This document shows positions 28,592 through 38,900 of a stretch of DNA of 64,000 nucleotides, in pieces. Position 1 is the first letter of the stretch; each line of letters starts with the position of its first letter. Both the position numbers and the translations under genes were made by a program. Location of the stretch: positions 9,285 to 73,284 of the IMG/VR virus record IMGVR_UViG_3300036781_000179; one strand, given 5' to 3'. The notes below the pieces were generated by a model. That model made no database searches and was not told where the DNA came from. It saw only the letters and a program-made list of their open reading frames with translations. This DNA is from a virus.

Positions 28592-31500
28592 ATGGCACTT
28601 TTTAAGGATTTAAAAATGTTTCAACAGGGCGGTATCGATTTCGACAGCGCAATTGAATATATTAGTAAAAACGATTATTTAGAAGCCTATAACATACGTG
28701 TCACAGGGACACAAGAGGGTGAACAAGGGTATGTAACCAACATAGACAGCAACGAATTTGTTCCCGGAGAACGAGCAGAAGGGATTAATAAGGGCATAGG
28801 AGGGCGTTCATTTGAAGATACAAGACAAATTGTATTCTTTGTTTACAATAGCGGAGGGTTTCACCAAATAGTTACCTATAGTTCCGATACCCAAACCCAA
28901 CAAGTTATATACACTGATAAAACAGATAGTGATGGAATACCATTATTAACCCTTAACCCCCAATACTATGTACAATGTGTACTGATTAATGGCACATATT
29001 TGGTTTGGGCAGATGGCATTAGTGAAGTAGGATATACCAATTTACAAACATTAACAAGTGGTGGCTATGGAACAGTATTGGCAGAGGATTTATCTTTAAT
29101 AAAACCACAGTGTTTAATCCCGATCAAGGGAGTTTATGCAAGTGATGCAGGTAAAGCCTCAAACTTTCTTAAACAAAAACTGTATCAATTTACTGTACAG
29201 TATGTAAATGCTGATTTTAATTATTCCACATGGGCTACATGGTCTAAAAGGATTATTCCGGCACAGGAGAGCACCCCAACAGAAGGAGCAAGTGTAAGTG
29301 AGAATAATTGTATTATAGTGTCCGTAAATATAGGTTCAATAAGGGCAACACAATTAAATATAGCCTGTAAATACAGTGATTTTGATTTTAACATTATCAA
29401 AACAGTAGACAGGAGTTATATTGTAGCGTTGCCAAATACAATAATAGATATAGCGAACCAAGTATTTGAATCCTACAATGCTACTACCAACGAGTATTCA
29501 TTTGTTTTTTATAACCAAAGCTTAAATATACCAGTACCACCAACTGAAACGGATCAAATGGTAGATTATATATGGCCATCTACAGCAGTTGAAAAGATAA
29601 ATGGGAACATCATAGCGTTGGCAGATTTAAAAACAGGTTATGAACGTCCTGTAACATCTGTAAATGTAAGTTCAAGCGGTTATGACCCTAATTTAACAGT
29701 GCCTACAGATACAGAACCCAATCCATTAAAAGTATCAGTAGTATATGCAGGAGGGGAAGGAAGCGGTTCTAATAAGTTTAACCGTAGGATGCAAATTAAT
29801 TACTCAGGCGTGCCACATGCAGGTGATATTTTAAATGTCACTACCAATAGTGCATCTGATGCCAATGATACTTCATCCTATAGCTATACTGTTCCTTTTG
29901 CTCAGGATGGTAATTTAATTGCTGTTACATCTTCAATGTCTGCAATTTTAGCAGGTTCATTTGCGGCATCTGGTGGTGGATATACTATCACATTCTATGA
30001 AGACCCACGACCACATAGAAGGGTTCAGATAGCCTCTATAACCTTGTCCAATACAGGAGCAAGTATCAGTAAGTCAATTCATGCAATTTTGGATAACTCA
30101 TCCTATCAGTTAGCATTGAGTTATAGAGATACTTATGGGCGTTTGTTCCCATTAGATACAGATAATACATATATTATATCCACACAGTCATTTGCTCAAC
30201 TAAATGGATTAACACCAAAAATATCATGGTTGATCAATACAGCACTTGCGCCTGTAGGAGCAGTTGATTATCAATGGTTAATAACTAAAAACACTACGAC
30301 AACGAATTTATTGGATGTTTTTGGGAATATATTAATATACGTAGGAGGATGGGATGCACATAGTAATTCTCCGGGGCTAACAGCTACCATAGGGAATGTC
30401 GGAGAAACTTATCAAATTACAGTACCAAGCATTCCATCAGACAACAGGAACTTAGGTAATGGTGTTCAACAATTCAATACAGGAGATTACGTGGTATGTA
30501 ATGGAAAAGGATGGGATATTGTGCCAAAATCATTTGGAGATTTAACACCAAATGGGAATGTAATGGCAATTAAGATAAACCCCCTTAATTTATTTAACCA
30601 ACGTTATACCAACAGCAGTACTAATTCCATATTAACCTATGATTTTTCAGATGGTGACAGGTGTACATTCCATTATTACATTGACCCTGCAACCCCTTCA
30701 AATAAGGTATATTTTAATAACCCATGCGTAGATGTTCAGGTGTATGGATATGACCCAACGAGTTTTTTATTAAAAATAGAAAAATCAGCAGCCATACCTC
30801 CGGGTTTTTTAGACGTAAAAAACGTTTTTATAAGGTTATATAGTCCTAATACACAAAAATCAGATAGTGAAGTAACAACAGATAATACAACAGTATGGTA
30901 TGAAATTGGAGAACGGTTTACTATAACCAACGGAAACCATGACACGCTTTCAGGAGATATAACCGATGGGGATGTTTATTTTAAAACAAGATCATATAAT
31001 GGCGCTGTAGACCCTAACGTCATTTATGATATACTGGCTACAGATTTTAATTTCAGTGACTTCTATGCCTCTAATTTTACGTCTTATGGCAGACCACGCA
31101 CCTATTATGACGTGTTGGAGAAAACAGAACAAAAGGCCACAATAATTACATCACAAAATTACGTATTAGGAAGTAAAAAGAACGGTTTAAACAGGTTCTT
31201 CCCTGAAAGCCAATATGGAGAAAGTGATGGTCAAACATCATCAAGTTATGGCTCTATTCAGGTATTGTGGCAGAGGGGAGATATACTGATACCATTTCAG
31301 GAATTAAGGGTTGGTTATATCCCGGTGAATATCTCCATATTGGAAGATGCTATACAACAAAAACAGTATGCCATTTCAGAAAAGCTACTGAATAATATCA
31401 GGTATAACCAAACAGGTAATATTGGTATAGGATTGGCAAAAGAAAGCTTTTGTTTTAAAGATAATAACGCATACTTCGTTGACCCTAACCGGAGTGAACC

Positions 31501-32524
31501 AATGAGATTGGGATTGGATGGAATAGAACCCATATCAGGTAAAATGAGTAAGTACTTTAGAAGTACTATTCAATTAGCCTATTCTCAAGGTAAGAAATTG
31601 GTAATGTACTATAACATGTTCTATGATGAAGTTATGTTATGCATACAAGCACAGGGAGGGGTATTAACATTATTCCCTTTTAACGAAACCAATTGGCAAC
31701 CATTTGATAACTATAACATCACGTATTCTGATATAACCAATATTGCAGATGGAACACACTGTACTGCAACTGATAATGGTGATGGGACAGTTACTTATAC
31801 TCCAACCACTAATTATATAGGTAACGATACAGCCACTTTTACATTTGATGTAGACGGGAATCCCATAACAAAGAACAATTGTTTACAATGGGTAGCAGCC
31901 GATGTAACTGTAAATCCTTTTTCATTCACTCCATTGATTGCGCAACCATTAAATACTTTGATAGAAAGCAATTCTATATTAGTAAGCGGGATTAATGTTC
32001 CTGTAGGTATTAGTATTGTAGGAGGTGAATACAGTATCAATGGAGGTGCATATACAAGTACACCCGGAACTGTAGTGAATAATGACTCTGTGCAGATAAG
32101 GCAATTAAGTTCTAATTTGTCTAACACTACAACAAGTGCTACACTGACCATTAGTGGCACAAGTGCGCAATTTGATGTAACGACCAAAGTTCCCGTACTG
32201 ATTAATTACAGGGTTACGTCACAAGTAACACCTTTTGCAGATGCGAATTTGAATATTAGGCAAAACGGAGTAACAGTGGCGACTATAAACGGGTCAGCAA
32301 CAGGTTCGGTAAATGTATTTGGAACAGACAGTATAGTGGTAGAAGCATATACTTTATTGCCATCAGCAGGTGTTTCGCCAAGTCTGATTATGACCAATAA
32401 AAAAGATGGAGTTAACTTTTATAATAATGCCATAGCCAATGTAGTCAGTGCGAGTATGTCTAACAATTTTATAGCCATGAATCCATCAGTGTATTTGATT
32501 ACAGTAGATGGAACAGCATCATAA
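28592..32524 (+). CDS. tail stabilization/muzzle protein (N-terminal part) with Ig-like domains
   Basis: 'GGIDFD..YLEAYNIR', 'YGSIQVL', 'ESF..YFVD' motifs; C-terminal 'DNGDGTVTYTP' Ig-like repeat. Confidence 0.75.
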   Translation: MALFKDLKMFQQGGIDFDSAIEYISKNDYLEAYNIRVTGTQEGEQGYVTNIDSNEFVPGERAEGINKGIGGRSFEDTRQIVFFVYNSGGFHQIVTYSSDTQTQQVIYTDKTDSDGIPLLTLNPQYYVQCVLINGTYLVWADGISEVGYTNLQTLTSGGYGTVLAEDLSLIKPQCLIPIKGVYASDAGKASNFLKQKLYQFTVQYVNADFNYSTWATWSKRIIPAQESTPTEGASVSENNCIIVSVNIGSIRATQLNIACKYSDFDFNIIKTVDRSYIVALPNTIIDIANQVFESYNATTNEYSFVFYNQSLNIPVPPTETDQMVDYIWPSTAVEKINGNIIALADLKTGYERPVTSVNVSSSGYDPNLTVPTDTEPNPLKVSVVYAGGEGSGSNKFNRRMQINYSGVPHAGDILNVTTNSASDANDTSSYSYTVPFAQDGNLIAVTSSMSAILAGSFAASGGGYTITFYEDPRPHRRVQIASITLSNTGASISKSIHAILDNSSYQLALSYRDTYGRLFPLDTDNTYIISTQSFAQLNGLTPKISWLINTALAPVGAVDYQWLITKNTTTTNLLDVFGNILIYVGGWDAHSNSPGLTATIGNVGETYQITVPSIPSDNRNLGNGVQQFNTGDYVVCNGKGWDIVPKSFGDLTPNGNVMAIKINPLNLFNQRYTNSSTNSILTYDFSDGDRCTFHYYIDPATPSNKVYFNNPCVDVQVYGYDPTSFLLKIEKSAAIPPGFLDVKNVFIRLYSPNTQKSDSEVTTDNTTVWYEIGERFTITNGNHDTLSGDITDGDVYFKTRSYNGAVDPNVIYDILATDFNFSDFYASNFTSYGRPRTYYDVLEKTEQKATIITSQNYVLGSKKNGLNRFFPESQYGESDGQTSSSYGSIQVLWQRGDILIPFQELRVGYIPVNISILEDAIQQKQYAISEKLLNNIRYNQTGNIGIGLAKESFCFKDNNAYFVDPNRSEPMRLGLDGIEPISGKMSKYFRSTIQLAYSQGKKLVMYYNMFYDEVMLCIQAQGGVLTLFPFNETNWQPFDNYNITYSDITNIADGTHCTATDNGDGTVTYTPTTNYIGNDTATFTFDVDGNPITKNNCLQWVAADVTVNPFSFTPLIAQPLNTLIESNSILVSGINVPVGISIVGGEYSINGGAYTSTPGTVVNNDSVQIRQLSSNLSNTTTSATLTISGTSAQFDVTTKVPVLINYRVTSQVTPFADANLNIRQNGVTVATINGSATGSVNVFGTDSIVVEAYTLLPSAGVSPSLIMTNKKDGVNFYNNAIANVVSASMSNNFIAMNPSVYLITVDGTAS

Positions 32525-32545
32525 ATAATTTATATATTTGATAAA

Positions 32546-33475
32546 ATGTTTTCAGCAGTCCAAAATGTTCCGATTATAGTTAACCTGATTGAACAATCAA
32601 GGAATAATGGATGGTCTGTAAACTCCGATGATAACACAGCGAGTCATGAAAATTGCAATAGCGGCTACATCCCACTACTCACATACCCATTAATAACAGG
32701 GCGTGCATATCAAATAAGTTATTCAGTATTAACCATTACAAATGGCACAGTACAGCCGTTTATGGGGACACAGGCAGGTGTTTCAAGGACAACCCCCGGA
32801 TTATATGTAGAAACGATAACCGCAGCAGGGAGTAATCCTGAATTTAAATTCTATAGTAACGGTAATTGTCAAATACAAGCATTTAATATCAGGGATACAG
32901 TAGTAAATACAGACCTTAAACAACAAAACACCATTTGTTTTTCAGTTAGGGCGCAAAAATGGAGTGACTTTAGAACGATAGAACCTGATTACGGATTTTC
33001 TCTATTTACAAAGAGTTTCACACTGTTTAACGGTGATTTATATGGACAAGTAAACCAAAACTCCAACAGGAATAATTTTTATGGTGTACAATATCAATCC
33101 ATCATTAAATTTACAACCAATCAACAACCAACAATAACCAAAAGGTATAACTCTTTAAATTATCAGGCAAATCAATTATTAGTTGCTCCATCAGGCAGTA
33201 TTACTACTGAAAACGGACAGGTGTCAGAATTACTTGCCAATGACTTTTTACAACAACGTTTAGACGATGGAGTAAATCCGATAGTTCTTGATTATCAGAT
33301 AGAGGGATTGTATCAAGGTAATTTCCTCCGGGATTCCAATTATGACCTGATAAACGGGCCTATATTAATAGGTAATTATATGACAGTTGAATTGTACACT
33401 ACATCACCAAGTGTACCACTAAAAATATTTACAACAGAAATAATATATATTCACTCGGCTCAAGGGATACGATGA
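32546..33475 (+). CDS. tail stabilization/muzzle protein C-terminal part
   Basis: 'KWSDF', 'RNNFYGVQYQS', 'KRYNSL' motifs. Confidence 0.6.
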   Translation: MFSAVQNVPIIVNLIEQSRNNGWSVNSDDNTASHENCNSGYIPLLTYPLITGRAYQISYSVLTITNGTVQPFMGTQAGVSRTTPGLYVETITAAGSNPEFKFYSNGNCQIQAFNIRDTVVNTDLKQQNTICFSVRAQKWSDFRTIEPDYGFSLFTKSFTLFNGDLYGQVNQNSNRNNFYGVQYQSIIKFTTNQQPTITKRYNSLNYQANQLLVAPSGSITTENGQVSELLANDFLQQRLDDGVNPIVLDYQIEGLYQGNFLRDSNYDLINGPILIGNYMTVELYTTSPSVPLKIFTTEIIYIHSAQGIR

Positions 33476-33924
33476 TATTTGAAGAAATATCTATAAATGA
33501 ACTAAAACCATATATTGCGTTTGCTTTTATGGAGGATGAAGATTTGTTTAAGAAGTGGCACATAGTGCAAGGAGAGCCTTTAGAGTGTATAGAAGATACT
33601 TATAACCGAATTATAGACACTATAGGACACTTTTATATTGAGTGCTATAGAATAGTAGCAAATGAAGTTATTATTGGTTATACGGTCTTATGTAAGGAAT
33701 ACGGACTACTGTATAGCTTCGGAATAAACAAGCAATTTAGAGATAAGGAAACGCTCAAAAATTGGTTTGCAGAAATAAGAAATATTTTAGGTATTTTTGA
33801 TTGTATCTTGTGGAAGAAAAATGAAAGGGCAATCAATCATTTAATAAAGCAGGGAATGACCATAAAGAATACCACTGATGATTACATTATATTAAATTAT
33901 AGCACATGCCAGCAGGAGGATTAG
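33472..33924 (+). CDS. GNAT-fold protein (T7 gp13-like position)
   Basis: 'IIGY', 'SFGINKQFR', 'KNERAINHLIKQGM'. Confidence 0.6.
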   Translation: MIFEEISINELKPYIAFAFMEDEDLFKKWHIVQGEPLECIEDTYNRIIDTIGHFYIECYRIVANEVIIGYTVLCKEYGLLYSFGINKQFRDKETLKNWFAEIRNILGIFDCILWKKNERAINHLIKQGMTIKNTTDDYIILNYSTCQQED

Positions 33925-34586
33925 GAACAGCAGCACTTATAGGGGGTGGATTAGCCGGGGTCAGCGCAATCGGAAAAGGGATCGCAGGATTATTTCAGGG
34001 TAAAAAAGCTGATAACATAGATAAAACAAATCCATACCCTACTATGGTAGTGCAGCCGGGGTATTATCAAAACTTAGCCCAAGCAGAGCAACAGGCTAAG
34101 GTAGGTATCCCGCAACAACAGTATCAAGGCCAATTGAATGCCATTAGCAGGAATCAGGCATCAGGTATTCAAGCGTTATCACGTACACAAAATCCATCAG
34201 GGAGTGTGGCCTCTATTGTCAGAGCAGGCAATGATGCTTCCAATAATTTAAATTCACAGGATGCAATTGAGCGCAACAGGAACTTATTAAACCTTATGCA
34301 ACAGAGGCAGACATTAGCACAACAACAACAAGGAGCATGGGATTGGAACTCCCGTCAAAAGTATTTAGGCTTATTAGCCAAATCACAGGCATTACGTGGT
34401 GCAAGTATGCAAAATCTTAATGGAGCATTTAATGATTTGTCAAGTGCAGGAAGTGCATTAATATCAAGCGGAATAGGAGGGAGTCAGAGAACTCCAAATG
34501 TAAACGGAGCAGGAGCAGGTGTTCCGATTGGTTCAGGTTATGTTGGTGATATTAACCCAACAGGTATGTTTAATAACATGGCATAA
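33906..34586 (+). CDS. DNA ejection/pilot protein
   Basis: Gly/Ala-rich hydrophobic N-terminus, Gln-rich coiled coil. Confidence 0.7.
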   Translation: MPAGGLGTAALIGGGLAGVSAIGKGIAGLFQGKKADNIDKTNPYPTMVVQPGYYQNLAQAEQQAKVGIPQQQYQGQLNAISRNQASGIQALSRTQNPSGSVASIVRAGNDASNNLNSQDAIERNRNLLNLMQQRQTLAQQQQGAWDWNSRQKYLGLLAKSQALRGASMQNLNGAFNDLSSAGSALISSGIGGSQRTPNVNGAGAGVPIGSGYVGDINPTGMFNNMA

Positions 34587-34588
34587 GC

Positions 34589-35950
34589 ATGGAAGTTAAT
34601 TGGCAAAATTATTATGGTAAAAACTTAGGAGATGCCCAAGTATTTCAAGGTAATCCTGCTTTAGATGATTTGCGCAGGAATTTAGCCCTTAGACAGCAAC
34701 AAAAAGCACAAGAGGAAGCACAATTCAATGCCGGATTAGCTAAATTAAACTTTAAGGGGGCTAAGAATGCAGACTTTGGTGAATTATCCAAACAATATCA
34801 GGATATACTAAATACACACGCTCAATTAAGGAATACCAATGACTTAGCCCAAAGGCAACAATTACAACAGCAATTACAACAAAAACAACAAGGGTTATTG
34901 TATGACATTAATCAAAGTTCCGAACATAATCAACAGGAACAAAAGTTGGCTGATGTGAGGTTGAACCCTAATGCAGATGTAGTAGATGACTTTATTCCTA
35001 AAGTAACACAACTTCAAAAAACACCATCTATAGGCAGTGGATACAACGATTATCAAAACGCTTACCAAAATACGACTTCCAATATATTCGCACCTAAATG
35101 GGATGCTTACAAAGAAAGTGCTGATTTGGCAAAAGGATTAGTAAATACAGGTAAGCCACAAGTTATTGATACGGTAGACCCAAGAACGGGGTTTGTAAAC
35201 AAACAAACAATAACACCGCAGACTTTTGATAAGGATGCTTTTATTATCAATTATGTAGCAAGAGCATCTAAAAGTCCACAGGCAGCACGAGCAGCTATAG
35301 CAGCAACAGGAGAAAAAGACCCTGCTGATGCTTTGTACGCACAAGCTAATCAATTGGCTGATTTCTATTCTAAAGGATTAGACACAAAGTATGCCGATAA
35401 AAGCGGAGGACAAACTATTGCATCTAAAATAGCATTACACAACGCAAATAGGCAATACGATATAGCCCATCCCACAAGGGAGGCAAAAGATAAAACAATA
35501 GACCCTACTTATTTTCAGGATTTATCTGAAAGAATGAGGCAGGGAGTAAAAGGGTCAGGAGAGGAATTTAATAATCAATTGGCAAACAATCCTGCTTATT
35601 TACACGGGTTAACCATAAACAAGGATAATCCTAAAGCGGTTCAATTGACTATCCCTGCCAAATACCACGAGATAAAAAATCCAAACGCAGATCAGGAGGG
35701 ACAACCACAATACATACGAGCTGTGCAAACGCCATCTTATAAGGTAACATTGGATAGTACCGATCCGACACAATGGCATGCAGGATTTGCAAGGATATAC
35801 AGGGACATCACAGGAGATGCTACGGCAGCACCATCAAAAGCCTTAACCCAATCAGGGAAAGGGAAAGTTCCGGGAGGGTTAACAAATCCTAACCAAAGAC
35901 CAACTCAAAAATTATCAAAAAAAGATGACCCGTTAGGGCTTGGAATTTAA
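34589..35950 (+). CDS. internal virion/ejection protein
   Basis: Q-rich, Cys-free, ends DDPLGLGI; position. Confidence 0.65.
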   Translation: MEVNWQNYYGKNLGDAQVFQGNPALDDLRRNLALRQQQKAQEEAQFNAGLAKLNFKGAKNADFGELSKQYQDILNTHAQLRNTNDLAQRQQLQQQLQQKQQGLLYDINQSSEHNQQEQKLADVRLNPNADVVDDFIPKVTQLQKTPSIGSGYNDYQNAYQNTTSNIFAPKWDAYKESADLAKGLVNTGKPQVIDTVDPRTGFVNKQTITPQTFDKDAFIINYVARASKSPQAARAAIAATGEKDPADALYAQANQLADFYSKGLDTKYADKSGGQTIASKIALHNANRQYDIAHPTREAKDKTIDPTYFQDLSERMRQGVKGSGEEFNNQLANNPAYLHGLTINKDNPKAVQLTIPAKYHEIKNPNADQEGQPQYIRAVQTPSYKVTLDSTDPTQWHAGFARIYRDITGDATAAPSKALTQSGKGKVPGGLTNPNQRPTQKLSKKDDPLGLGI

Positions 35951-35988
35951 TAACTAAATAACGTTATCTTTGAATAAAACAAAATATA

Positions 35989-38900
35989 ATGGCAGAAGAA
36001 GTTATAGACCAAGATACACCGTTATTATCACCACAAGCATTTGCGGCTAAGATAAAGGCCAAGTATCCACAATATAAAGACGTTGATGATGAAACCTTAA
36101 CTGCCAAAATAATCAGCAAGTATCCCACTTATGCCTCCCAAATAAACACAGGGGGCTTAAAAAAAAATGCTTCACCACAAGGTGTAGACAATACATCACA
36201 GCCATTAAATACTGGTGGTCAATCAGACCCGTTTTCCCTGACAAGTGGCAATAATACACCTGTTTCGTATGCGCCAATAACTGATCCTGAATTACGTCAA
36301 CAGCAACGTAACCACGATATAGAACTGCGTAATCAACAAGAACAGCGCAGGCAAGAAATATCAAATAGCCTTAAGAAGATACGAAGTGAACTCCCTAAAG
36401 ATGCACAAGCTAATTGGGATGAAGCCGTTAACTTATCAGCCACAAGACCTGTAGACAATTTAAGAGAACCAACGCAGGAGGAATTGGCACATGATAAGTT
36501 CATGCAAACACCATTAGGTAAAACATTAGGAACAGTAGCGTACTTAGGGTCTAAAGCCACCAAAGGGACACTACAGGTTGCTAAAGGGACAGCGTGGCTA
36601 ATGAATAAAGCCGGATTATCAGGTGCGCCTACACAAGCCTTAGGGGATGTAATGAGTGATTTAGCTTTTGACAAGGCAGATGAAGCATCTAACTATGGGC
36701 TAACTAAAAATGATCAATCAAGATTTGACGAAAATAAAATAACATCCAACTTAGGCGGTGTTGCTGAATTTCTACCTGCTATGGCGGCAGGAGGCCCGAC
36801 ATTCTATTTACAAGGAATGGGGATGGGCAAAGAAACAGCAGACCAAGCAGAAAAGAACGGTGCTAAAATTAACCCACATGTAAAAGATGCCTTTATCTTA
36901 GGAACAGGTATAGCCAATGGATTTCTGATGAAAGCGTTAGGTGAAGGAGTATTTAGTAAACTACCCGCAGGATTACGTGGAGATATAGCATCTAAAATAA
37001 GCATGGATGCCATCAAGGAAGCAGGTAACAAGGAACTCACAGGAGAACAGTTTCAGAACCTTATAAACAACGGTGTTAAAGATTGGGGACAGAAGGTACA
37101 GCAAACAGGGTTAAATGCTCTAAAGGGCTATAATAAAGCCGTAGTGGATTTGTCAGCACTGTCAGGAGCTAACTTTGCCTTAAAGAAAGGTGTGGATGTA
37201 GCCAATGATAAACCTGTGTTCAATGAATCATTGGGGGACTTAGCTGAAAACGTAAGTAATGTAGCAACAGAGCAAGCACCATTTTTCGCAGGATTAGGCC
37301 AGATAGGTAACTTAGGTAAACTTACTAAGTACTCTGATTATAAAAATAGTGCAACAGAATCGTTAATGAACGACCCATCTCCTGAAAATGTGGATAGAGT
37401 TAAACAGGCATTACACGATCATGGATTTGATCAAAATAAGCAAGACCAGTGGACACCGGAAGAAATGGATGCTACATTTAAACAGGTAGATAACATTGCT
37501 GATGTGGCTAAAAAGTTACCACGTGGTATTCCTGAAAAGAAAATAGGAGATGCCGTTGATTTGGTGCAAGGTAGGGATGAGTTAAAGAAACAATTGGCAG
37601 ACGAACAAGGCAACAGGCAACAATTGGATGAATCAGTTAATGAGATGCCAACGCAGCACGAGCAGTTATTAATTGATAAAATTGACCAAGCCAATGATAA
37701 ATTGAGAGATATTGTTAGTGGCAAAAAGACAACATACTCCATTGAGAAAGGTGAAGACGGTAAAGAGGATAAATACTTCAAAAAAGTAGATGGTAAAGTT
37801 GAGCCAATTGAGAAATCAAGGTATGAATTAGAAAATTTAGAACGAGAATCCAAAATACAACCAAATGAACAACCAATCGAAAGCGCACCTACTGAGAACA
37901 ATATTCCTGAAACACCACAGACAAATGAAGCCGGAGTGCCGGAAGCAATTGGTGAGAAACCTGTTGAAACAACTGAAAATAACATAAAACCGATAGAAAA
38001 TGAAAACAATGAAAAAAGTAACGGTCAAGGTCAAGAAAGCCTCACCGAAATCAGCCCCGAAAGTAGCCGTGAAGAAAACAATGGCGTACAAGAAGGGAAT
38101 GTAAGTAATTCAGGTGTGGAACAATCTGCACCTGATATTACTAATATTAAAGAAAATGAGATTAGACCCGCAGATGTGGCTGAACAAACTACAGGAACAA
38201 CTGAACCAACTAAAGGAGCAGGAACTGAAGTTGAGAAAGCAAAAGATGAATCTGTTAATACAGATAAAACGGTTTCAAAAAAGCCAAGAACAGCAGAAGC
38301 CATAAAGAACGAAAATACCAAAGCCAAAGCAGAGGAAGCCGGGATAGAATTAGAAGACCACGTTGGCGAAACACGTTCTAAGGAAGTAATTGACAAAGAA
38401 GCTACCAAAGAAATTAAAAATGGTTATGATAGTCATGAATTGGTGCGTAAGATATTAGAAGATAAACATCAGGCATCAGATACCGAAGTGGCAATATTAG
38501 CTAAACATACTGCCACGGTTAAAAGGAATTATCAGGATTTAACTAAAAAGTTAGAAACTGATGGCGCAACCATGAGTAAACGTGAGTTTGATGATTTAAC
38601 AGCCGAACATGAACAAGCGACCAAAGACTATCAGGATGCTTTGAATGCAGATGTAAAAACAGGAACAGGGACAGCAAGGGCATTATCAGCAAGGCGTTTC
38701 GCTGTAAAAAACAATTTCTCATTAGGGCAGATGATTAAAAACAAACGTGCCGCTAATAATGGTGAGAAACTATCAACAGAACAAGTAAAAGAAGTTACAC
38801 AACGTTTCAACGAGATACAGGAAGCCAACGAAAAACTACAGGCACGTATTGACAAACTGGAATCTGAAAATACCCGTATAAAGGCTGAAAAGGCTATTAA

